Source: a virus. From it: a stretch of DNA of 64,000 nucleotides. Where the stretch lies: positions 1,496-65,495 of IMG/VR virus record IMGVR_UViG_2513237085_000001; one strand, written 5' to 3'. The translations under genes and the position numbers were made by a program. The notes below the pieces were generated by a model. It was given only the letters and a program-made list of their open reading frames with translations, was not told where the DNA came from and ran no database searches. Shown here one piece after another: positions 19,085-27,120 of this stretch; position 1 is the stretch's first letter, and each line of letters begins with the position of its first letter.

Positions 19085-21031
19085 TTACTGAACGAGAACG
19101 CTGCTCAGCGTGATCTGCTGGACGCTCTGGCCGTCGAGGTACCAGAAATTGCACGGCGGCGTCTGCCGGGCCTGCCTGACCTGAGGAGAGGCATCCTTGA
19201 CCTGGAGATACCAGCCCTGGATTTGCAGAACGTCGCTGACCTTGGCGCCGGCCGCCGTGTTGATCTGTGCCGTCTGAAGCGAGGACAGCGTGACCCCAGC
19301 GCGGATGGCGCCAAAGTTCAGGGCGGCGTTGATCGGATCGGCACAGGCCTGCTTGATCAATTCGTATCCGGCCGTGTTGTAGGGTACCGAATTGATGTTC
19401 TGCAGGAGCTCCATCAAGGCCAGCTGAAGCGCGTTGTTGAGCCAGATCTGGTTCATGTAGCTGTCGAGCCACTGGAACTCACCGGAGACGCCGCCTGGCT
19501 GGAATTCCAAGAACTGCTGGTTGGCCGTGGCATAGGCGCCGTAGAAGTTATAGCCGTTGGCGATCAGATTATCCGCCGCAGTGGCGGTCGTCACGCCAGC
19601 GGTAAGGCCATCCTGTCCACGGAAGGCGAAGGTGATGCGCCCATTCGTTGCCTCGAAGTCGATCGAGGCAGCGGTGCCGCAGACGAAGGCCGCGATATCG
19701 ACGCCATTGGTCGGATCGTAGATCGCGCATGTGCCATTCATCTCCGCGGCCTGGATGATGTGGCCAAAGCTGCTGGTCGCATTGTTGCTCTGGGTGGGGG
19801 TGATATCGGCATCCCATGCGATATAGGCGTAGCGCTTGTTTTTGCTATTGGTCCACGATGCGAATGCCTGCTTCTGAACGCTGCCGGAGCCGCCGTCCGG
19901 ATCGAAGATCGTCATGAACGACGCCCAGTTCTGCGTCACCTGCGTGATATTCGTCATGAAGGCCGACGGCGAAGCGGGAGCCGCACCCTGGGACAGGATG
20001 GCACCGGTTGCCGAGGTCAGGAAGATAGGAGCGGCCAGCGTGCCGGTCGGGAACTGGATCGTGGACTGCGCCCCCGTGGAACCGGAAGTGATGATGAAGC
20101 CGCCCGAGACGGAATCGAAGGTCACATTGAGCGCCGACCCTGTCGCCGTCAAAGCCCCGCTGGCAACGGTCTGCGTGGTCTGGACGAAATAGGTGCCGGT
20201 CAGGCCCGTGCCCGTGCCCAGCGCCGTGATCTGCGTGCCTGCCACCGTCGCGCCGCCGCCGATCGTCTGGCCGACGGAGAGCGTGCCCGAGGTCATCGCC
20301 GAAACCGTCAGCGTGCCATAGGTGGCCGAGATCGTCTCGCTGGCGACAACCTGCGTCTGAGACACGGCATACGTGCCGATGCCGCCAGTCGTGCCGGAAA
20401 GCTGGGAATTGATCTGCGTGCCAGCCGTGACGCCGGTGCCCGAGATGATGGCGCCGGGGACCAGCGTGCCGGAGGTCACGGCGGTGACGTACATGACATT
20501 GCCGGAGATCGACGCCGTCACCGATGCCGTTGCCGCGGCGATGGCGCCGGTAAAGCTCGCTGCCGCCGGAAGGCTGGCGTTCAGCGCGGTCTTGATCAGC
20601 GTGGCAGCGGCCGAATAGCTGGTGGCCGACGACAGGATGATGCTTGCGGCGCTGTAGGTATAGCCATCGACGACGATCGACAAAGAGCCGCTGAGGCCCT
20701 GGATCTGAGGAATGGTCAGCGTGTTGACCGGACCGCCGCGCAGATAGGCAGCGACCGCCGCCGGGTTATACTGCGTGAACAGGATATCCGCCGGCTTCTG
20801 CGTCGAGCCGTTGAAGCCGTTGAAGTAGATGTCCGCGATCTCGACTTCCTTGGCCGACGGGCCGAAATAGGTCGAGACCGAAACCCCGTCATTCGGGAAG
20901 GATAGCACCTGCCCCGCCGGAACGCGGGAGTTGTTCGTCAGGATGAGGCCGTTCAGAACGAGCGCATTGCCGCCGGCGTTCAGCACGTTCGGGATTACAT
21001 TCACAAGCGCCGAAGCTGGAATTGTGGTCAA
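19085..21031 (-). CDS. Tail sheath protein, DUF3383 family, with tandem inserted beta modules
   Basis: [59 protein letters not shown]. Confidence 0.92.
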   Translation of the reverse strand: MTTIPASALVNVIPNVLNAGGNALVLNGLILTNNSRVPAGQVLSFPNDGVSVSTYFGPSAKEVEIADIYFNGFNGSTQKPADILFTQYNPAAVAAYLRGGPVNTLTIPQIQGLSGSLSIVVDGYTYSAASIILSSATSYSAAATLIKTALNASLPAAASFTGAIAAATASVTASISGNVMYVTAVTSGTLVPGAIISGTGVTAGTQINSQLSGTTGGIGTYAVSQTQVVASETISATYGTLTVSAMTSGTLSVGQTIGGGATVAGTQITALGTGTGLTGTYFVQTTQTVASGALTATGSALNVTFDSVSGGFIITSGSTGAQSTIQFPTGTLAAPIFLTSATGAILSQGAAPASPSAFMTNITQVTQNWASFMTIFDPDGGSGSVQKQAFASWTNSKNKRYAYIAWDADITPTQSNNATSSFGHIIQAAEMNGTCAIYDPTNGVDIAAFVCGTAASIDFEATNGRITFAFRGQDGLTAGVTTATAADNLIANGYNFYGAYATANQQFLEFQPGGVSGEFQWLDSYMNQIWLNNALQLALMELLQNINSVPYNTAGYELIKQACADPINAALNFGAIRAGVTLSSLQTAQINTAAGAKVSDVLQIQGWYLQVKDASPQVRQARQTPPCNFWYLDGQSVQQITLSSVLVQ

Positions 21032-21057
21032 GGTCGTCTTCCTTCTGTGAGGACGGA

Positions 21058-21789
21058 TTAGGCGGGGTATGCGGCTTCGACATCGACGACTGCGATATCG
21101 AGCTCGTCTGCGAATTGTTGCGGGACGCCAGACAGGGCCTGGTTGGCCTGCATCACGGCATCGATCACCCAGCGGCTTTCGACCTGCTGGTTTTCATTTT
21201 CGAACGGCAATTGCTTCGGATCGCTCACGTAGAGCGGGACGACATCGAAGCCTGACGTCTTGAAGGCCTGCACCGCGTAGTCGTCGCGGAACAGGGTCGA
21301 GATGGTCTGCGCATTCTCCGCGCCGTTGTCGCCGTGCACGTCGAGTTGCACCGTGACGCGGGTCGGCTGCATCAGGGTTTCGCTGCCAGATGCCATCTTA
21401 CGGCTCGGAACCGCTTGCGCGGCGGAGACGGTATAGGTTCCCACTCCGCCTGTTCCGGTTCCAAGCGCGGTGATGGTGGTCAGTGCAGAGACGCCCACGC
21501 CGAACACGATCTGCCCGATGGCCAATGTCCCGAATTCAACCGCTGTCACCGTCATCACGGTCGCCGCAATTGAGGCGGTGAACGAGACGTCGGCATAGGT
21601 GTCGATATTCGTTGCCAAACGGTTTTGCAGGAACGGCGTCATGATTACGAAATCATCGCCGATCGGTTCGGGTACGCGGTTCTCCTGGCCCTGCACGACT
21701 TCCGTCCCGGCTGGCAGGATCGACAGCAGGAAGGATCGCAGCGCCGTCAGGATATTGGACTGCGTGGGTGACGGTGGCAGCAATGGCAT
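21058..21789 (-). CDS. Tail terminator / neck protein with inserted beta module
   Basis: [46 protein letters not shown]; upstream of the sheath gene. Confidence 0.8.
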   Translation of the reverse strand: MPLLPPSPTQSNILTALRSFLLSILPAGTEVVQGQENRVPEPIGDDFVIMTPFLQNRLATNIDTYADVSFTASIAATVMTVTAVEFGTLAIGQIVFGVGVSALTTITALGTGTGGVGTYTVSAAQAVPSRKMASGSETLMQPTRVTVQLDVHGDNGAENAQTISTLFRDDYAVQAFKTSGFDVVPLYVSDPKQLPFENENQQVESRWVIDAVMQANQALSGVPQQFADELDIAVVDVEAAYPA

Positions 21790-21795
21790 GATCGA

Positions 21796-22173
21796 TCAAT
21801 CCGTCTGCAGCACCACGGCCGCCTTGCACCAGTCCGGCCACGTTTCCAGCATCTGCACGATCAGCCACTTCCCGACGTTCGGACCGTCCGCGAGCGTGAC
21901 GATATCGCCGCCCTTCTGACGGGCGCGAAGGACTCCATTGAACTCGCCATAGAAATAGATGGCCCGGGCGGCACCATTCATGTTGATGCCCTCCAACTGC
22001 TTCAGGTCCTTGTATGTCAAAGCCTGGACCTGAACTTGACCGGTCACGGTGTTGTGGGTGGGGACACGAGACCCGTCCGGATTGGTCGTATACCCGGTGC
22101 TGACCTGCATTGTGGCAGAGACAAACGGGTTAACCGTGCCAATGGCCGACGCCACAATTCCGTGTAAATTCAT
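21796..22173 (-). CDS. Head closure / head-tail joining protein
   Basis: Start MNLHGIVASAIGTVNP; QVQALT, QKGGDIV, WPDWCK; synteny. Confidence 0.8.
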   Translation of the reverse strand: MNLHGIVASAIGTVNPFVSATMQVSTGYTTNPDGSRVPTHNTVTGQVQVQALTYKDLKQLEGINMNGAARAIYFYGEFNGVLRARQKGGDIVTLADGPNVGKWLIVQMLETWPDWCKAAVVLQTD

Positions 22174-22190
22174 TAGTTTGCCCGCCGAAC

Positions 22191-22703
22191 TTAATTTTGT
22201 TCCACATATAGCGGCGTAGCTCCAGCCGAAGCGATGCAGTTGAGTGCCTGGTTGGGCGCTCCGCCGGTCGTCGGTCCCCACGATGCGCTTTGACCCGGCG
22301 CCAGCATGAACGATGTCGTGCCATTGAGCGTGGCGGCACCAACCCAGGAGCATGCGACGGTCGCCGATGCGGATGTGTTCTGTATTTCCACCCACGCACG
22401 TGGGTTTGCCCCCAGGCAAGCGCCGGAAGTCGCCGCTACGGTGCAGCCTACTACCGTCTTCGCAACGGATGGAATGTTATAGGCGACATTCCACGGGTCC
22501 GTCCCTTGCGTGACGGATGTTGAGCCGCCGGTCGGGCATGGGATCGCCTGGTTGCTGCCGTTGATGCACATAGTGACGACGCCGGAGACGGTTTTCCCAG
22601 GCGTTGCCGTCTGGAACTCGTTTCCGGTGATAATAGCCGTTTGAGCCCAAGCGGCCGTAATTCCGATAAGGAGTATCGCCGCAACAACGTATCTCAGCTT
22701 CAT
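22191..22703 (-). CDS. Secreted Cys-containing protein inserted among neck genes
   Basis: Signal peptide MKLRYVVAAILLIGITAAWA-Q; six Cys; beta-rich composition. Confidence 0.7.
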   Translation of the reverse strand: MKLRYVVAAILLIGITAAWAQTAIITGNEFQTATPGKTVSGVVTMCINGSNQAIPCPTGGSTSVTQGTDPWNVAYNIPSVAKTVVGCTVAATSGACLGANPRAWVEIQNTSASATVACSWVGAATLNGTTSFMLAPGQSASWGPTTGGAPNQALNCIASAGATPLYVEQN

Positions 22704-22715
22704 TTGCTCAATTCC

Positions 22716-23255
22716 TTACGATTTTACTTCGTAATCCACGCTCGACAGGAGCACTCCGGAATCCACCAGTGGTTTCGTGGAGACGCCTTCTGTGCTTTCG
22801 CCGGCCTTCACGCGCCGCGCGGCCTCGCCGACCGTCTTGCCCGTCACAACAAGATCGGGATCTTCGGCGCGCATCTTGCGCAGCATCAGCGTGACCGGGC
22901 TGAGCGGCGGGTTGAACGTGTCGATGATCGACTGCTGCAACTGGCCCTTGATCGCCTCTCCGGTCTGCCCGAGCGTCTTTGCCGCGTCGTAGCCGTTGCT
23001 GACCAGCAGATTGCCGACGGCATCTGGCCATTCCGGGCTCTTGGCGGAAATCATGGTGCGGAAGAACGGACGTGGCGGGATGCCAGCCTTTGGAGCACCG
23101 AACTCCTGGATAGCCGCGATCTCGGGGACCGACTTCCCATCGGGATAGGTCGACCCTTCGAGGAAGCCAATATCCACCGACGATGCCTTCTGGACGTTCT
23201 TGGCGATCTCCGCCAGCGCCGCAGCGAGCTTATCGCCGCCCTTCAGCGTGACCAT
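22716..23255 (-). CDS. Neck / tail completion protein
   Basis: VDIGFLEGSTYPDG, IAAIQEFG, IPPRPFFR, PLSPVT, KPLVDSG. Confidence 0.85.
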   Translation of the reverse strand: MVTLKGGDKLAAALAEIAKNVQKASSVDIGFLEGSTYPDGKSVPEIAAIQEFGAPKAGIPPRPFFRTMISAKSPEWPDAVGNLLVSNGYDAAKTLGQTGEAIKGQLQQSIIDTFNPPLSPVTLMLRKMRAEDPDLVVTGKTVGEAARRVKAGESTEGVSTKPLVDSGVLLSSVDYEVKS

Positions 23256-23728
23256 CAGGCAGCGGCCGGCGGTGGCTCTTCAGGTTCAGGGGCGGCGGCA
23301 GGCGCTTCCTGCTCGGCAGGTGCGTCGGCGACGTCAGCGGCAGGCTCATCTGCGGCCTTCTCTGCCTCTTCTGCGATCGGTGCTTCAGCGATGTCGCCTG
23401 CGTCCTGCGGCGCGTCCTCTGCGGGCGCATCGGCTGCCGGTTGGTCCTGACCGTCTGCATCGCCATCAGGGGCTTCGCCAGGCGTCAGTTCATCCTGCGG
23501 CGCTTCATCGGCTGCGGGAGCATTAGCATCGCCGTCTGCGGGGTCGCCTGAACCTTCGGGCTCCTGCTGAGGCTCCGGGCTGATCGGAGGCTCGCCTTCA
23601 ACCTCGGCCTTCTGCTGCTCCTGGATGTAGGCTTCGTATTGAGCCTGCATTTCGGCCAGCATCGGCTCGAACCGTTCCTTGAACGCCAGCAGCGCGCGGA
23701 TGTGCTTTTCGTGAGCGTCGATATCCAT
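23255..23728 (-). CDS. Acidic low-complexity hypothetical protein
   Basis: Coupled overlaps at both ends; short helical N-terminus then an E/D/P/A-rich tail. Confidence 0.65.
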   Translation of the reverse strand: MDIDAHEKHIRALLAFKERFEPMLAEMQAQYEAYIQEQQKAEVEGEPPISPEPQQEPEGSGDPADGDANAPAADEAPQDELTPGEAPDGDADGQDQPAADAPAEDAPQDAGDIAEAPIAEEAEKAADEPAADVADAPAEQEAPAAAPEPEEPPPAAA

Positions 23729-23934
23729 CAGTTGGCATCCTTTTCGGACGATGCTGCCTCAGCAGCGGCTTTCTTGCTCGAAGTTGGCTGCGGGGCCGGA
23801 TCTGACGAGACTACGTCCTTGGCCTTTTGTTCGGCTTCTAGACGGTCGAGGCGATCATCGACCTCCGCTTTCCATTCGCGGAATTCCTTGCGAAGTTCCT
23901 TGTCCATGTCGGACTCCTTCATTGGTTGAGCCAT
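23728..23934 (-). CDS. Small hypothetical protein
   Basis: Overlaps both neighbours in the operon; charged helix. Confidence 0.55.
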   Translation of the reverse strand: MAQPMKESDMDKELRKEFREWKAEVDDRLDRLEAEQKAKDVVSSDPAPQPTSSKKAAAEAASSEKDAN

Positions 23935-24362
23935 GGGTTGATGCGGCGCCTTGGGCCCGGGATGTACCTCATGGTCCTGTAGGCGGCAGTCGCAGCCCAG
24001 AAGGCCGCGCCAAACGTCGTCTGCAAGAACCAGGCATTGTTCGGCGTCGTCGGGAACTCAGCCGAGACCGAAACGCTGCCTTCGGTGGCGCTGCTGATGC
24101 GCCCCACGATCCCGCTGCCGCCTGCCCCAGTGATGCCGGCGCCGTTCGGACCGAACATCAAGGTGGCGACATGCGCGACCATCAGATTGAGAAGAACGGA
24201 CTGCGTCTCCGCCTTGCTGACCGGTCCGCCGCCATCATTGCGGCAATAGACCTCGGCAATCGGCAGGATAAGATCCGTGACCTGTGTCTGGCTGAGATTG
24301 GGAGAGAACTGCGGAAACGTCGCGGCCCATTGCTGATAGTCGAATGTGACCTGAACGCCCAC
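23919..24362 (-). CDS. Head-tail adaptor, DUF4054 family
   Basis: FDYQQWAATFPQF, LNLMVAH, VGRISSATEGSVSVS, WFLQTTFGAAFWAAT. Confidence 0.88.
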   Translation of the reverse strand: MGVQVTFDYQQWAATFPQFSPNLSQTQVTDLILPIAEVYCRNDGGGPVSKAETQSVLLNLMVAHVATLMFGPNGAGITGAGGSGIVGRISSATEGSVSVSAEFPTTPNNAWFLQTTFGAAFWAATAAYRTMRYIPGPRRRINPWLNQ

Positions 24363-24381
24363 AGCTCTCTCCCTTGCGACT

Positions 24382-24804
24382 TTAAGCGGCGACCTTGGTC
24401 GCGGTCTGGATGCCCTTCGGCAGATTGGCCGGGTTGATCGGCTCCAGGCCGTTGCGGCGGGAAGCGTTCTCGCTGATCATCGATGTGACGGTGTCGATGT
24501 TCTCGCTGGCGAAGATCAGCTTGTTCTTCACCGCGTCGTGATCGGCGTTCTGCTTCATCCACTCGTCGAAGAATTCCTTGTCGACGTTATGGGTAAGCGC
24601 GTATGCGGCGCCCTGAGCGGCTGGCGGCAGATCGATGCGGTACTTTTCGAGGTAGCCCTTGATCGTGATCGTGTTCGATACGGGTTCGGCGCGGTTGACC
24701 GTGCGATAGCCGCCCTGCGTCGGCTCGTTGATTTTCACCATCTTGAAGAGGCGAAGCTCGAGGCCGTGGGGAAGCTTGCAGGCGACGGTGATTTGCTGCG
24801 TCAT
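24382..24804 (-). CDS. Conserved phage protein following the major capsid gene
   Basis: ITVACKLPHGLELRL, LTHNVDKEFFDEWM, NGLEPINP motifs of Bcep781-like phages. Confidence 0.75.
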   Translation of the reverse strand: MTQQITVACKLPHGLELRLFKMVKINEPTQGGYRTVNRAEPVSNTITIKGYLEKYRIDLPPAAQGAAYALTHNVDKEFFDEWMKQNADHDAVKNKLIFASENIDTVTSMISENASRRNGLEPINPANLPKGIQTATKVAA

Positions 24805-24844
24805 TGGATGCTCCGGTTGAAAGTTGAGACGTCGGCGTCACGGG

Positions 24845-24871
24845 AAAGGCAGCCGAGGGAGGTCGGCCGCC
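24845..24871 (-). terminator. Putative intrinsic terminator after the capsid gene
   Basis: GGCGGCCGA-CCUCCC-UCGGCUGCC 9-bp stem followed by UUU (short U tract). Confidence 0.55.
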
Positions 24872-24918
24872 AAATCGTCAAAGGCCCAATTGGGAGCCCG
24901 CCGAGCTTATGCGGCTGA

Positions 24919-26031
24919 TCAGACCCCCAGAAGCTGGGAAATCCCGGCGGGCTGGCGGATGATTGCGCCCCAGGTGCCGGAGGTCATCTTCTTCTTCCAC
25001 GAGGACAGCGCCCGAACGATGGGGTGCGAGCGCAGCTTCTCATTGAAGGAGCAATAACCGACGTCCTGGCCGTCGATGCTGTCGACGATGAGCTGGACGA
25101 GGTTGCCGCCGGCGATACCGACAGGGTTCGTCGCGCTCTGCGCACCGTACTGGACTGCGGAGATCACGCTGAGGTTCGGGAAGTTCTTCTTGAGGAGATC
25201 TTCCACGTTGACGCCGAAGGAGTTCGTCGCGGTCATGGCGACGAGGGATTCCGGCGACAGGGCCAACGTCATCTTGGCATTCTGGTCGATCTGGCCCGGC
25301 TGCTGGGAGATACCCGCCGTCTGGCTGATGATCTTGATCCAGAGAGCCTGGATATCGGCGAAGATCTCGTTCGCCGTGGCGACGATCTGGCCGTTGTTCG
25401 TCCATTTCACGCCACCGTATGCCTTAGTGGCCGGGGTGAGCGGGGCCGAGAGGTTCGGATCGTTCAGGAGACCGTAGTTCTGCAGGCCCTGGACGCCGTA
25501 GAAGTAGGTCTGGTTCAGGAAACGGTTGAGCACGGTGAGACCGGAGGCATCGACTTCACTGACCCAGTTGACACGGCCAAGGCCAGCCCGCTCGACTTCC
25601 AGCTCACCGTATTCGGAGATGGTCTGGAAGAGATAGGACTGGCGCTGCGGCCAGTTCATGTTGGCGCCGGCATGGCCGTTTTCGTTGTAGTCGCCATAGG
25701 ACGACACTTCGCCGGTCGACTCGATGACCGGGAACATTGCCGTCTGATCGACCCAGGAGCCCTTGCGGGTTTCACCGAAGATCTCGGCCGCACGGGTCGG
25801 CGCGAAGACGACGCGATAGACGTCGGGATCGATGAGGGTGGTGAGGAACGCCGGAATACCGGTGTTCGCCGTTGTTGAAAGCGCCGGCTGGGCGTCCATG
25901 GCCATGTAGTTGACCTTGGCGTCAGTCCAGGCATAGGCCTTGACGTCGGGGAGGTAGATGCCGCGCTCCTCGAACATGGGGCGATCTGCATTCCAGGCAG
26001 CGGCAGCCTGATGATAGTCATGAAAGTCCAT
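24919..26031 (-). CDS. Major capsid protein, DUF2184 family
   Basis: Start MDFHDY after GGAGA RBS; AMDAQP, FGETRKGSW, GEVSSYGDY, RQSYLFQT, NYGLLNDPNL, KMTSGTWGAIIRQP. Confidence 0.93.
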   Translation of the reverse strand: MDFHDYHQAAAAWNADRPMFEERGIYLPDVKAYAWTDAKVNYMAMDAQPALSTTANTGIPAFLTTLIDPDVYRVVFAPTRAAEIFGETRKGSWVDQTAMFPVIESTGEVSSYGDYNENGHAGANMNWPQRQSYLFQTISEYGELEVERAGLGRVNWVSEVDASGLTVLNRFLNQTYFYGVQGLQNYGLLNDPNLSAPLTPATKAYGGVKWTNNGQIVATANEIFADIQALWIKIISQTAGISQQPGQIDQNAKMTLALSPESLVAMTATNSFGVNVEDLLKKNFPNLSVISAVQYGAQSATNPVGIAGGNLVQLIVDSIDGQDVGYCSFNEKLRSHPIVRALSSWKKKMTSGTWGAIIRQPAGISQLLGV

Positions 26032-26107
26032 TTTGCATCTCCAATCAGGAAGCCGCCGGTCGCGACATGCAGCCGGCGCTTTAAGGTTCATGAGGTGGAA
26101 GGGATGA

Positions 26108-27052
26108 TCAGCCCTGTGCGCGAGAGCTCATCTTGACGAGTTCGCCGGGAAGACCGGACGAGCGGCAGAACCACTTGGTTTCGACCCCAGTGGCGCCCGT
26201 GATCGCAGTGGATGCGACGACGGTGTTGTTGTTGACGATGTACGTGCCAGCGCCACCGGTGCCGGTGCCGAGGGCAGTGATCGCAGTCCCAGCAACGACG
26301 TTGGTGCCGCTGAGGGTCTGGCCGACGCCGAACGTGCCGGCAACGGTGCCGCCGACGGTCAGAATGCCGTAGGTGCCGCTGATGGCGGTGGAGGCGACCG
26401 TCTGTTCCGGGATGGAGACAGAATAGGTACCGATGCCACCGGCCGTGCCCGACAACTGGCTGACGATCTGCGTACCGGTTGCAACACCGGTGCCGGAGAT
26501 GGTCGTGCCGGGATAGACGGTACCGGAGCCGACCGCGGTGACGGTCAGGACGTTGCCAGCAATCGAACCGGTGACGGACGATGTGCCGGCTGCGATCGAC
26601 GAAGCCGAACCGGAGGCCGTGCCAGCAGCGCTGCCGGCGGCGGCGAACGAGATCTTGCCATCGGCGAAGGCGACGAACGCCTTCATGCCGGGGACAGCCT
26701 GGGTGGAACCATTGTTCTTGACCCAGAAGTCACCGGCGTCGAACAGGGTGATCGGGAAGCCCGCGGGAACGAGCATCGTCGATTCCTGCAGATAAGTCAG
26801 GATCAGGCCCTGCTGTTCGCGGTGCACGAAGCCCGTCGGAGCGCCGGAACCGAAGCTGTTGACCACCGCAGGAGCGCCGTCAGCATCGATATAGCTGGAC
26901 GATGCCCATGCGAAGCGGCCGACAATGACGCCGGCAGCGCCGCAGACGAGACCGCCAGGACCGGCTAGGACCGTGGCGCGCGGATTGGTGCTGGCGAAGT
27001 CACCCTCCACCGCGGGAGCGGGCTGGTAGCCCACCTGTGTCTGGAAGCCCAT
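26108..27052 (-). CDS. Head decoration/cement protein with tandem inserted beta modules
   Basis: Start MGFQTQV; PAVEGDFASTNP, GFVHREQQGLI, GDFWVKN, ETKWF; upstream of the capsid gene. Confidence 0.85.
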   Translation of the reverse strand: MGFQTQVGYQPAPAVEGDFASTNPRATVLAGPGGLVCGAAGVIVGRFAWASSSYIDADGAPAVVNSFGSGAPTGFVHREQQGLILTYLQESTMLVPAGFPITLFDAGDFWVKNNGSTQAVPGMKAFVAFADGKISFAAAGSAAGTASGSASSIAAGTSSVTGSIAGNVLTVTAVGSGTVYPGTTISGTGVATGTQIVSQLSGTAGGIGTYSVSIPEQTVASTAISGTYGILTVGGTVAGTFGVGQTLSGTNVVAGTAITALGTGTGGAGTYIVNNNTVVASTAITGATGVETKWFCRSSGLPGELVKMSSRAQG

Positions 27053-27068
27053 AGGGATTCTCCTCAAT

Positions 27069-27092
27069 AAAAAAGACCGCTTGCTGGCAGCC
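27069..27092 (-). terminator. Putative intrinsic terminator after the DUF2213 gene
   Basis: GGCUGC-CAGCAA-GCGGUC stem-loop followed by UUUUUUAUU. Confidence 0.65.
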
Positions 27093-27120
27093 TATCTGGT
27101 TGAACTGATGATCCCGGCGC

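Noticed and set aside
19223-20905. Long plus-strand ORFs (also 17045-18256, 24.9-25.9 kb, 27973-29190, 31279-32298, 48231-50084)
   Set aside because: Antisense shadows of high-GC genes with strong codon bias; no motifs or RBS, and they overlap well-supported genes entirely.
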